Part shown: one piece after another, positions 44,230-53,921 of the stretch
How positions within the stretch are numbered: position 1 is the stretch's first letter
Layout: each line of letters begins with the position of its first letter
Source: Candidatus Latescibacterota bacterium
GTDB lineage: Bacteria; Latescibacterota; UBA2968; GCA-2709665
Assembly (NCBI GenBank): GCA_963662665.2
Contig: CAXXJS010000010.1
Location: 96,001 to 160,000, forward strand
Direction of reading: 5' to 3'
DNA length: 64,000 nt
Position numbers and translations under genes: made by a program
The notes under the pieces: generated by a model
Told to the model about the DNA's origin: nothing
Databases searched by the model: none
The model's input: the letters and a program-made list of their open reading frames with translations, nothing else

Positions 44230-46314
44230 CTACTCCACGTCCACAGAAGCCTTGCCAACCCCCACGTTACCCAGTGCATCGGTCGTGCGGACGACCACCG
44301 TGTATTCTCCCGCAGTGAGATCTGGGATCTCAAAACGCAAGGTCTCGGTCCTGGAATCGAATATCTGATCTACAGGAAAAACCACCTTCCAGTCTCCGGA
44401 ATTTACCGCATAGTCCGCCTTCCATAGCGGGCTCGCAGCGTCGTTCAGCGATCCCTCGACGACGATGGACCCGCCCGAAGCCGCCCGTATCTGAAGTGCC
44501 ACGGAGGGTGGCGTGTGGTCAAGATCGAACGGCTCGCTTACCTTTTCGCCAACCAGCGCGAGTTCCTCGGGATTGGCGAGCCGGTCCGACGCCACCACCC
44601 TGACAAGCATCGTACCTTCAGGGGCAGACTCGGTTTGCCAGTCGTAGGAAGTGGCAAGCAGGTTCTCCTCCAGGAGTTTCCACTCTTTCTCGGAGCGACC
44701 CCGATAATACAACGCGTATAGGAGTCGGTCGTCGTTAGCGTCTGCGGCATTCCAGGAGATTCTCCAGACGCCCCTCGCGTTACCGGGTGCCTGCCTTCCC
44801 TTTCCGGCGTCCTGAGGCGCAGTTCCGTTACCCTGGGCATCAAGGGGCGAGACGACGAGTGCAAGCACCTGCGGACCCATGTTTTCCTGGAGGCCCACCA
44901 GACTCACTACTCGAATCATCGGTGTGGCCGCGCCCGTTACCGAACTCAACTCCGCCCTATACTGCAGGAAACGGGCAGGCGGACTGGAGATCTGGCCACC
45001 CTGAGCAACTGACGACCATTCGCTCCAGGTATTGTCCGGTTTTTCGCTGTTTCCCGACCGCGTCCGGAATTGGATCGACGCATCCCGGGCGGATTCAGAA
45101 TCCCACCTGATCTTACCCCACCTGGAGACCTGGAAGAAATCTTTCACCCTGGATTCCAACCTGCCTTCACGCGTGTAAGCCTTTCCCAACCGGTACACTT
45201 TGCCAGCACCCGCGGTTCCAATCCAGATCTCTCCGGAACCGGACCTGCAGAATGCCCACGGTTGCACGTCTTTCAGACGAGTCAACAGGGTTGCCCGACC
45301 ATTCAGGTCAACGCGATAGATGCTTCCACTGTCTCCCGTCAGCGCGGTAATTTCCCGATCGTCGACGTCCAATGCCAGAAGCATCGGCTCATCCACCTGC
45401 CAGAGACGAACCGTCGCACCCGATGGCCGTATGGCATACAACACGGAAGCATGTTGCGATGACGAGGACCCCTGACCCTTGGCGGCCGGCTGTGATCCGC
45501 CCTTTCCACTCCCCTTGGAACGCTTGGACATCGCACCCGCGAACAGAACTCCTCGGGGGCCCATCGCAAGCGCATGAATTTCAGCTTCCGCCGCATCGTA
45601 CAGCACTTCAACTCGTCCCGTTGCATTGACCCGGTAGACGAGACCGCTCTGATCCGTACCAGCGTACACCTGGCCGTCGGCGTCCCGAATCATCGAAACC
45701 ACGTTGTGGTCTTCGCTCTTATAGACCTCGTCGACCCTTCCGGCCGCGGAAATACGCAGGATGCGTCCGTGTCTGCCGCCGGTGGCCGCGTACAGGCCTC
45801 CCTGTCCATCCAACTCCAATGCCCAGACGTGTTCGTCTCCTGTTCGACAAAACGTCTCGGGATCTTTCCCCGGAACAACTCTGTATACAATCCCGTCCGG
45901 GGAGGAGCCGGCATAGAGCGTCCCGGCCGGTCCAACGGCGAGACTGAAGATGGACAACTCGGGGGTATCGAAGAGAAGCTCCGGTTCGCCAGCGCCGTCA
46001 TACGCGAAGATCTTTCCGCTGTTGCCCGTAGCAATATACAATCGGCCACCGCGCCCCTCAGCGAGCGCCCACACGAATTCTTCGCCCGTATCCGCTGCGG
46101 CTTGCAGCTCCGGCGCCAGCAACACCATGCCCTCTCTGGTGATCGAGACGCCGTCGGCTTCACCCCTGGCAAACGCTTTCTGGGAATGGTCGCGCCAAAC
46201 GATCGGCTGGACGCCGTCTGACGAACCCGGCAGGCAGTTCAGAACGAAACAAAGGCCGAAAAACAAAACGCGATGCGCCGCATGTCCGTTTTCGTTATCC
46301 AACAGCCTCATCAC
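44230..46314 (-). CDS. Secreted beta-propeller protein with C-terminal FN3/Ig-like domains
   Basis: Signal peptide; repeated blades (LYxATG..GKIF, YAGSSPDGIVY, YAGTDQSGLVY); C-terminal beta-sandwich-like segments. Confidence 0.7.
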   Translation of the reverse strand: MMRLLDNENGHAAHRVLFFGLCFVLNCLPGSSDGVQPIVWRDHSQKAFARGEADGVSITREGMVLLAPELQAAADTGEEFVWALAEGRGGRLYIATGNSGKIFAYDGAGEPELLFDTPELSIFSLAVGPAGTLYAGSSPDGIVYRVVPGKDPETFCRTGDEHVWALELDGQGGLYAATGGRHGRILRISAAGRVDEVYKSEDHNVVSMIRDADGQVYAGTDQSGLVYRVNATGRVEVLYDAAEAEIHALAMGPRGVLFAGAMSKRSKGSGKGGSQPAAKGQGSSSSQHASVLYAIRPSGATVRLWQVDEPMLLALDVDDREITALTGDSGSIYRVDLNGRATLLTRLKDVQPWAFCRSGSGEIWIGTAGAGKVYRLGKAYTREGRLESRVKDFFQVSRWGKIRWDSESARDASIQFRTRSGNSEKPDNTWSEWSSVAQGGQISSPPARFLQYRAELSSVTGAATPMIRVVSLVGLQENMGPQVLALVVSPLDAQGNGTAPQDAGKGRQAPGNARGVWRISWNAADANDDRLLYALYYRGRSEKEWKLLEENLLATSYDWQTESAPEGTMLVRVVASDRLANPEELALVGEKVSEPFDLDHTPPSVALQIRAASGGSIVVEGSLNDAASPLWKADYAVNSGDWKVVFPVDQIFDSRTETLRFEIPDLTAGEYTVVVRTTDALGNVGVGKASVDVE

Positions 46315-46446
46315 CCATCCTTAAATGTATCGTCGTTTCTTTTTCGGTTTCCCACGCCAGGCAGCGTGCGGTCCAACGGTTGCGGGCGCGCCAATGGGGT
46401 GCGCGACGCCTTCGTTACGGGATACGTCTGGCGATCACGGGGTTCG

Positions 46447-48252
46447 CTATTTCCCTTTACCGCCAGCGCTTCCACCCTCCGCAAAGATGACGCCGTTCCG
46501 TTTCCTGTTGACGTTCAGTACGACGACCTGACTCCCGGAAAGCACATAGTCCGTGAGAATTCGAGCCCGTTGCACGACCGTCTGCCGAACCTGTTTTACC
46601 GCGTCCGACGAACGGGAAAACTGAAGTACGGAAAGCACCGAGGACGGCAGCCTTGACACCTCCCGTCCCTCAATCGTCACTCCACGGGCGCCGGACAGCA
46701 GCTCAACGACCATCTCATTGTTCCGGCCCTCCCGTCCCAACAGGCGGATAAGATGGTCCAGGTCTCTGGCGTCGTATTCACCCGGCGCTCGCTTGGCCTC
46801 CTGTTTACCGTGCGCGGATGCGCTTGAAACCCTGAGAATCAGCCTGCCGCCCGGTGTCTTATTCGGAATGACCAGCGCTTCCTGCACGTCCTCCAGCCCG
46901 CCCCAATAGGGCCTTAAAGAAACTGTGACGCGAACCGTATCGCCAGGCTGGAAGGATGTCTTCTGCAAACCAATTGACTTGATGTGGGCGGTGTGCGCGC
47001 GCTCGGCTTCAACATCCAGGTCGAAGGTCACCCGTTTGATCTGAATCGGCTCAAATGGATTCCGGATCAGCCTTGCAAGCGGCGTGGTGACCCCCAGCAC
47101 GGCATTACCCAGCCCCAGCGGGCCGGCATAGACGTTATCGATCTCCACCGTTGGACGTCCGTTCAGGTCAATTTGCACACGGGACTTCACCGTTACCTCT
47201 CCCGACAGCTTCTCGGACGATATCATCGCGCTGAATACAGCCATTCTCAACAGAGTGGGGCTGAGATCGCGGTTTCGCAGGACCTCCATCCGGAACTGTG
47301 CCTGTTTGCCCGGAGAACGCAAATTGATCTTCGCAGGCATCATGTCCACGTCGAGGCCGATGGCACCGGCTATCCCGGGCGCGCGGTCCTGAACGATGGC
47401 GCCCATGGTTTTCCCGGCCACACCCAGCTTGAACGACGCAAATTGACTGGGCAGCACTTCGTGAATATAGGCTGCCGTCATCGGCAACGCCGTGGCGCCG
47501 CCGAAAATCATTGAATGCCCGAAACCGACAACGCGGGCTCCGTCGCGGTGGGTCAGCGTCCCGATTCCGGTAACGCTGAGATCACCACGTACCAGTTGCA
47601 CACCCAGGGCGGCCCCCGGTTCGAACGCACCCGAAGGCAGACCAGGATCCATTACACCACCGCCCTGAACCGGCGTCCATCCCATCCTTGAAAATTCCTG
47701 CCGGAATTCAGCCACGGCCTGTCGTGCGAATCCGGAGATCACGACAGGCAGGCTGACCGGCGTCAACTCAGCCGCATTCATCCCCGTCAGATCGCCCAGA
47801 CGACGCACGCCGGCTTCCGTCAGTCGGGCCGCCGAGCTGACGCCCTGAGGTGCGGACGGCCGGTTGAACAGGTCGACCATTGCCGCAATTGGCGTTATCC
47901 CCGCGATGGGCTCTTTGGCAAAGGCGCCGACTCGATACGATACCGCACCTACCAGCCTGCCATCGATATAAACCGGGCTGCCGCTCATCCCCAGAATCAC
48001 CCCTGTATTCGACAGGGGACCGCCGGACAGCCGTGCGAGTATCAGGTCGCTGTGCGGCCCGATCGCGTTGTGGAGCACACCCAGGATTTCGACCTGAAAC
48101 GTGTCGATCCGCGTGCCCTGGAAGACCGTCCGGCCGATACCGCGCATGCCTCTCCTGAGCTCTTCGACGGGCATGGTCGGCACCGTCCCCCACGAACTTC
48201 CGGCGATTGTGACCCACAGGAAAGCGGGGAGCGTTATTTTCAGCAGGCGCAT
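46447..48252 (-). CDS. SpoIVB peptidase S55 domain-containing secreted protein
   Basis: GMRGIGRTVFQG, catalytic GVILGMSGSPVYIDGRLVGAVSY, GFGH. Confidence 0.85.
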   Translation of the reverse strand: MRLLKITLPAFLWVTIAGSSWGTVPTMPVEELRRGMRGIGRTVFQGTRIDTFQVEILGVLHNAIGPHSDLILARLSGGPLSNTGVILGMSGSPVYIDGRLVGAVSYRVGAFAKEPIAGITPIAAMVDLFNRPSAPQGVSSAARLTEAGVRRLGDLTGMNAAELTPVSLPVVISGFARQAVAEFRQEFSRMGWTPVQGGGVMDPGLPSGAFEPGAALGVQLVRGDLSVTGIGTLTHRDGARVVGFGHSMIFGGATALPMTAAYIHEVLPSQFASFKLGVAGKTMGAIVQDRAPGIAGAIGLDVDMMPAKINLRSPGKQAQFRMEVLRNRDLSPTLLRMAVFSAMISSEKLSGEVTVKSRVQIDLNGRPTVEIDNVYAGPLGLGNAVLGVTTPLARLIRNPFEPIQIKRVTFDLDVEAERAHTAHIKSIGLQKTSFQPGDTVRVTVSLRPYWGGLEDVQEALVIPNKTPGGRLILRVSSASAHGKQEAKRAPGEYDARDLDHLIRLLGREGRNNEMVVELLSGARGVTIEGREVSRLPSSVLSVLQFSRSSDAVKQVRQTVVQRARILTDYVLSGSQVVVLNVNRKRNGVIFAEGGSAGGKGK

Positions 48253-48458
48253 CACGACACAGACCCTTTCTCGCAAGACGGTATCGGAGCCACGAAATCT
48301 ACGGCGCACCCACAAAAAAGTCAAGCATAGCAACTTTCTAATGTTTTGTCCCGGAAATAGATTGCCGAAATCCGGTTGTTGACGCAGATAAAATACCCGT
48401 TTTGAGAGCGCGGAACAAGCCCCTTGTGTAAATCCGGTCTTATCCTTATCATAATCCC

Positions 48459-48929
48459 ATGCAGATCACGTTGCTGGCGGTTGGCAAATGCCGCAAACCT
48501 TACCTGCGAGAAGGCGTGTCGGACTATATCAATCGCATCCGGAGATACGCAAGCCTGGAGCACGTCGAACTGAAAGAGGAGCGAGCTTCGAGGACTGGCG
48601 CCACCCCTGGCGGCCTTGGCAGAGAAGGCGAACGCATCCTCCGCCGCCTGCCGGAAAACGCTTACCTTGTCGTCCTGGATCCGGCCGGAAATGAATGCAG
48701 TTCCGACGCCCTCGCCCAACGTATCCGCAGAATCGGAATTGAGGGCACCAGCCGAATCGCGTTTGCAATCGGCGGCCCCTCCGGCCTATCCTCCGATGTA
48801 ATCCGGCGTGCCGATTGGCGCCTTTCGCTTTCCTCCTTCACCTTTCCGCACGAGATTGCACGTCTGGTACTCCTTGAACAGATTTACAGGGCATTTAAGA
48901 TCAGCCGCGGCGAACCGTATCACAGATAG
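48459..48929 (+). CDS. rlmH: 23S rRNA (pseudouridine1915-N3)-methyltransferase
   Basis: LLAVGK, FAIGGPSGL, LSLSSFTFPHEIARLVLLEQIYRA..GEPYHR. Confidence 0.96.
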   Translation: MQITLLAVGKCRKPYLREGVSDYINRIRRYASLEHVELKEERASRTGATPGGLGREGERILRRLPENAYLVVLDPAGNECSSDALAQRIRRIGIEGTSRIAFAIGGPSGLSSDVIRRADWRLSLSSFTFPHEIARLVLLEQIYRAFKISRGEPYHR

Positions 48930-49000
48930 TCGCCACCACCAACGGATCCGTAACGACGCGCAAGGAATTCAGACCCGAAATTTGCCGCGGTATGAAGAGC

Positions 49001-49240
49001 AAAAAAGCCCGGAAAACAGGTTCATCCGACAGCCGTGGAGAGGTGATTCCGCCACTGGAATCCGGCTGCCGCGAACGTCTCCTGTTTCCGGGCTTTTTAA
49101 ACGGACCGAAACGCCTGAATATACAGTTTCGGGGGGACGGAAGGAATCCGGATCCGACAAACTCGGACAACGGCCGCTGGGGTATCGGCCCGAGAGAAGC
49201 CGGAAGAAGGGTTGTCTCAAACGAATGCCTGCTGAAAGCA
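49001..49240 (-). ncRNA. Candidate orphan small RNA (~240 nt) of unknown family
   Basis: Minus-strand promoter TTGACT-17-TATCTT (49274-49246); several short stems; ends in a ~98-nt compound hairpin with a U6 tract; no credible ORF. Confidence 0.45.
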
Positions 49241-49633
49241 ATTGAAAGATAAGCCATTGTCTTTTTTTAGTCAAGGGTAAGTTTGTCCTAATATACTGTT
49301 TTACATTATCTTGTGGTCTTTCGGTTGAGTTATACCTTATATAGATTCGCAGTTGGCAAACCCTCGAAAAACGCAATATCGCGGCGCTCGCCGCGAAGGG
49401 ATTCCCGGTATCGAGAGACCCCTCCCCCCAAAACCCATATTACCATGATCTCGTAAGAATGACCATGTTGAATATCGCCATGCGCAGCGGAGAAGGCGGA
49501 CGTTCCAACCTCCTGCGTCGGTGGAAATTTCTGGACAGGTTTCCGATTCAGAGCTATCTTCGACGTTCGGCGAAAGGAATCGGGTCCGTCTGAGTATAAC
49601 TTACCCGCTTTTCAATCTATATGCAATTTACCC

Positions 49634-50986
49634 ATGCCGCATACCCTTACCATAACGCAGGCCGCAGCGGAAATCAGGGCGGGCCGTCTTTCTCCCCTGG
49701 AGCTTCTGCACGCCTGTTTTTCGCAGATCGACGCCCTCGACAACCGCCTGCGCGCCTGGGTCAACGTCGACCGGGAGGGGGCCGAGCATCGCGCACGGCG
49801 TCTTCAGGAGGAACTCGCCCGCGGCCGGTACCGCGGTCTCCTGCACGGAATTCCGGTGGGGATTAAGGACATCATCAACACGAAGGGCTTGCCCACCGCC
49901 GCCGGAGCAAGACACCTTTACAACGTGGCGCCGAAGGAAGACGCAACCGTGGTTGCCCGTTTGCGCCGCTCCGGGGCGGTCATCCCCGGCAAAACGGTTA
50001 CCACGCCCTTTGCATGTTTCGATCCGGCGGAAACCAGGAACCCATGGAACCCCGATCATACCCCCGGCGGCTCCAGCAGCGGTTCCGCCGCCGCTGTCGC
50101 GGCCCGTATGTGTCCCGCAGCCCTGGGTTCCCAGACCGGCGGATCCATCAGTCGTCCCGCCGCGTACTGCGGCCTCGTGGGTCTCAAACCCACCTTTGGC
50201 CGGATCAGTCTTTACGGGATCCTGCCCGTCAGCTATGAACTGGATCATCCGGGGCCGTTCACACGCTCAGTCGCCGATGCAGCCGTCATTCTGGAGTGCC
50301 TGGCCGGCAAAGATCCATTGGATCCACTCTGCGCCGACGTTCCTGCCGGTGAATTCCGCATCGACCCGTTGACGCGTCCGCCCCGAATCGGCATTATCCG
50401 TACATACTTTCCTGAATACACCGACGAAATTATGCGTGCGGCGACGGACGACGCCGTAGGGCGCCTGGCCTCCGCGGGCGCTGAATTCACCCAAGTGCAA
50501 ATGCCCGGATCCTTTGAGGATTTGCACGAGAATCACGCGCTGCTGCTCGCCGTTGGCGCGGCAAGCGTCCACGGGGAGCGATACGACGCCCACCGGGACG
50601 CCTTCCCGCCCGGCCTTTGCGAAATCATGGAAAGGGGACGCGCCGCAAGCGCAGTCGACTACGCCAGGGCGAGACGCCACCAGATTGCGTTCAAGTCGGA
50701 GATCCTCGCTACGTTCGAAGGCGTGGACCTGCTCCTCACCCCTGCTACGCCAACGCCGGCGCCTTCGGGTCTGACATCCACTGGCAACCCTGCCTTCAAC
50801 AGCCCCTGGAGCTACGCCGGCCTTCCCACGACCGTCCTGCCGGCCTTCTGTACGCTCGACGGGCTGCCCGCCGGCATCCAACTCGTCGCTCGCCCCTTCG
50901 CCGAAGTCCGCCTGCTCTCTATCTCCGCCTGGTGCGAATCCCATCTTGAGTGGACCCGCACCCCATCGATTCTCTCCGGCGATTAA
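49634..50986 (+). CDS. Amidase signature family protein (GatA-like)
   Basis: LHGIPVGIKD, TPGGSSSGSAAAVA, GSQTGGSISRPAAYCG. Confidence 0.92.
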   Translation: MPHTLTITQAAAEIRAGRLSPLELLHACFSQIDALDNRLRAWVNVDREGAEHRARRLQEELARGRYRGLLHGIPVGIKDIINTKGLPTAAGARHLYNVAPKEDATVVARLRRSGAVIPGKTVTTPFACFDPAETRNPWNPDHTPGGSSSGSAAAVAARMCPAALGSQTGGSISRPAAYCGLVGLKPTFGRISLYGILPVSYELDHPGPFTRSVADAAVILECLAGKDPLDPLCADVPAGEFRIDPLTRPPRIGIIRTYFPEYTDEIMRAATDDAVGRLASAGAEFTQVQMPGSFEDLHENHALLLAVGAASVHGERYDAHRDAFPPGLCEIMERGRAASAVDYARARRHQIAFKSEILATFEGVDLLLTPATPTPAPSGLTSTGNPAFNSPWSYAGLPTTVLPAFCTLDGLPAGIQLVARPFAEVRLLSISAWCESHLEWTRTPSILSGD

Positions 50987-50990
50987 CGCC

Positions 50991-52208
50991 ATGTTTCCGC
51001 GCCTGATCCTTATAATTCTGACATGGACAATGCTCTTTCCCGGTCTTTACGGCATCGTCCACGCTTCCCGCGTGCATACCCCCAGGCAGAATGCCGTCCG
51101 CAAGGGTATCGACTATATGCTCGACGAACGCTATGCCCTCTCCCACGCCATATTCGATTCACTCATCTCCGTGGAGCCTGAACGCCCCGAGGGCTATCTG
51201 GGCAAGGCACTTTCGTACTGGAACGAAAGCATGCTTCTGGCAAACGGCGAACGGTTTGTCGATTCCGTCGACCATCTGACCGGACGCGCCATCAAACTCT
51301 CCGAACGTGCTCTCAAGAATGACAACAACGATGCGGAGATGGTCTTCCTTCTTGGAAAGGCCTATGGCCTGCGCGCGGGCCTGGCGCTCATCCACGGCAG
51401 TCCCATAGACGGCGTACTCCACGGCCTGAAATCCCGGGACTTCCTCAAGGAAACCATCCGTTTGAATCCAAACCTCGCTGACGCCCATTTCGGACTGGGC
51501 CTCGCAGAGTACGTGGCCGCCCGCCAGCCCCGTTTCCTAAGGATGGTAAGCCGGCTCCTTTCGTTGCCCGACGGCGACCGGAAACGCGGGCTCGAACGCC
51601 TGGAGCGGGTTGCCCGTGAGGGCATCTACACCCAGCGGCATGCCGTATCCAGCCGTGCCTACATCGCCCTCTATTACGAGAAGGACTATGGAGACGCCCG
51701 GTGTCGTTTTGCAGATCTGCACCTGCGCTACCCCCACAGCCTGGACTACCGTATCCGTTACCTGGACGCGCTCTTCGGGCTCACTGTCCAGGGCAGGCAG
51801 GATCACCGCCGGGCTCTGATCGATTCCGCGCGATCGATCCGTCTCCTGGCTGAAGAGCGAGACTGGAACCTGAACCGCTGGTCGCGTACCAAACTGGACT
51901 TTATCGAAGGCTTTGGTCACTATCTCACCGGCAACGCGGACACGGCAATCGAACGTCTGGAAATCTATACCGCGGATGCCACAAGAAAGAGCTGGCTGCT
52001 TGGCCCCGCACATCTCATTCTGGGCAAACTGGCCGACCTGCGTAACGACCGGGAAAACGCAGTCCGCCATTACCGCCGCGTGCGAAAATATGAAAACGTA
52101 TGGGGCGTGCACGACGAAGCCGACTCCTATCTTCGACACCCGTTCAACGGAGATGAACCCGTCAGGCGTCCTCTGGACACGGTAAGGCGTTATCCTGAAA
52201 AACCTTGA
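50991..52208 (+). CDS. TPR-like secreted protein
   Basis: Signal peptide; TPR-like helices (LNPNLADAHFGLG, AHLILGKLADL..AVRHY). Confidence 0.75.
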   Translation: MFPRLILIILTWTMLFPGLYGIVHASRVHTPRQNAVRKGIDYMLDERYALSHAIFDSLISVEPERPEGYLGKALSYWNESMLLANGERFVDSVDHLTGRAIKLSERALKNDNNDAEMVFLLGKAYGLRAGLALIHGSPIDGVLHGLKSRDFLKETIRLNPNLADAHFGLGLAEYVAARQPRFLRMVSRLLSLPDGDRKRGLERLERVAREGIYTQRHAVSSRAYIALYYEKDYGDARCRFADLHLRYPHSLDYRIRYLDALFGLTVQGRQDHRRALIDSARSIRLLAEERDWNLNRWSRTKLDFIEGFGHYLTGNADTAIERLEIYTADATRKSWLLGPAHLILGKLADLRNDRENAVRHYRRVRKYENVWGVHDEADSYLRHPFNGDEPVRRPLDTVRRYPEKP

Positions 52209-52368
52209 AGCGAGTCGCAGGCGTCGATGAGTTAAAATCGCCGCAGTTTAATGATCGCTTGCCACCGTCCGCTGTCCGGCCGGTAAAGCCGGTTGCGGGA
52301 TCACGATCAAGTCCGTATATTTCGTCATGCGCGATCAACGGCGCGCTTGTTCGCGAAGCCAACGCTAA

Positions 52369-52487
52369 CAGCCCGTTGAAAAAGTCCATCCGGGCTGCCT
52401 GCCTGTGTGTACGCACGCGGACAGGCGTCTGGCCCTTGTGGCCGAATGACTCGGCCTCGCCTGCAGAGCGACTTTATCAACGGACTG
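52369..52487. mobile_element. MITE-like element (copy A), 119 bp, CTAA target duplication
   Basis: TIRs CAGCCCGTTGAAAAAGTC / GACTTTATCAACGGACTG flanked by CTAA at 52365-52368 and 52488-52491. Confidence 0.75.
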
Positions 52488-52513
52488 CTAACCGTTCGTT
52501 CGAGTGCGGAATA

Positions 52514-52786
52514 ATGGCCGAATCGACAGATCCTCAATCTGCTCCTGCCCCGGACAACACCCATTGGGGAGTCGCCTATCTGCGCGAAGATCTGCAGGAC
52601 CTGCGCCTCCAGCTGCGTGAAGACGTCAAAGACCTCCGCCAGCAGATCGCCGAGAACAATAAGCGCATTGACGAAACCAATAAGCGCATTGACCGGACAA
52701 ATGAACTCATTGGATCCCGTTTCACCTGGCTTATTACGACGATGGTGGCGCTGGCGGGCATTCTCGCCGCTCTGATCAAGCTGTGA
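52514..52786 (+). CDS. Small coiled-coil protein with C-terminal transmembrane anchor (DUF1640/CCDC90-like architecture)
   Basis: Heptads LREDLQDLR..NNKRIDETNKRIDRTN, then FTWLITTMVALAGILAALIKL. Confidence 0.7.
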   Translation: MAESTDPQSAPAPDNTHWGVAYLREDLQDLRLQLREDVKDLRQQIAENNKRIDETNKRIDRTNELIGSRFTWLITTMVALAGILAALIKL

Positions 52787-53101
52787 GACCCGCCCATACC
52801 GGGCGCCTGCATGCTCGCCGGGCACCCCTCTAAACCGACGGTCCTGAAGATTTCATTGCCCGCGTCTCCATGCCGGTTACTTCCGACCTGTCTGGCTGGA
52901 GCGACAATTGTCAGGTGGGATTCCCACCGACTGAAAATCCGCGCCTTTTACGGCTCACTGAAATATTCAGACCAATGCACAAGTGTGATATTTCTCATAC
53001 GGGGCGGACCGAGGAAGCACGGCCAATCGCGGGAAAGAAAGAATATCCCGGTCGTATTCCGTACACGCATACGCCGGGATTTATTCTCTTGAGAAATCGG
53101 T

Positions 53102-53908
53102 ATGGCGTTCGCGTCCTTCAACTCCCTGCGCCGTCAAAGGCTCGGGTTTTTCCAGGAGCGTATTCACTACCCCCCTCCGTTGTCACCCCCGTGGATCGCC
53201 CCGTTCACTGTGCGCACCAAGAGTCCCGATGTTGACCTCAAGCGCCGCTATCCAAAGACCTTTGGCGTTTCGGTTGTCCTCTCCTCAATTCTCCTCGCCG
53301 TTCTGTGCCTCGTCTTTCCGAAATATGAATTTCGCAGCAAGTCATCCTACACGGCGCCTGTTATCATTACATTGGAAGACATCCCCGAGACCTCTCAGGC
53401 CCCAAAACCCGAAGCCGAAGAAGTGATCCTGGGCGCAGGTGACCCGGACGGCGTGGCCGTCGTTGACACCGTGGAAGACGAGAAGTCGGACATTGACTTT
53501 CTCGCCAACCTTCAAGTCGATGATACGCTGGGCGATCCGGACCGGAAGCTGGACGAGGAAGCTGTAGATTTCTGGGCCGTCTCGAAAGAACCCGTACTGG
53601 TGCGCGAGGTCCTGCCCATCTACCCCGGAAACGCCCACGAGGCCGGACTCGAAGGGGTTGTGTTTGTCAAATTCGCCGTTGGTACGGACGGACGGGTCAA
53701 AGAGGCCTCGATCTTGAAAGGCCCCCGGATATTTCACGCGTCCGCGCTGGAAGCCGTCTACCGGTTTGTCTTCAGACCTGCCCTTCAGAACGACAAGCCC
53801 GTCGCGGTCTGGATGACGCGCCCCATACGCTTTCGCATTGTGGACAACTTGCTTGAAGCGCGGCCCGCCCAACAAGCCCAGACGCCGCCGGCCCCCCTCG
53901 CACGATAG
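53102..53908 (+). CDS. Energy transducer TonB family protein
   Basis: TM helix, acidic linker, TonB_C motif PIYPGNAHEAGLEGVVFVKFAVGTDG..FRPALQNDKPV; start uncertain. Confidence 0.85.
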   Translation: MAFASFNSLRRQRLGFFQERIHYPPPLSPPWIAPFTVRTKSPDVDLKRRYPKTFGVSVVLSSILLAVLCLVFPKYEFRSKSSYTAPVIITLEDIPETSQAPKPEAEEVILGAGDPDGVAVVDTVEDEKSDIDFLANLQVDDTLGDPDRKLDEEAVDFWAVSKEPVLVREVLPIYPGNAHEAGLEGVVFVKFAVGTDGRVKEASILKGPRIFHASALEAVYRFVFRPALQNDKPVAVWMTRPIRFRIVDNLLEARPAQQAQTPPAPLAR

Positions 53909-53921
53909 GGACAGCTTTTCC

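Noticed and set aside
44180-44230. FMN riboswitch before ribD
   Set aside because: Only ~50 bp of intergenic space and no RFN consensus; none seen upstream of the S55 gene either.
48905-48960. Integrative element at the 3' end of rlmH (SCC-type att site)
   Set aside because: No recombinase gene and no duplicated rlmH end in the window.
49355-49380. GGCAAACCCTCGAAAAACGCAA resembling a c-di-GMP-I (GEMM) riboswitch
   Set aside because: The 3' strand of the GAAA-capped stem and the second hairpin are missing; an Rfam scan would settle it.
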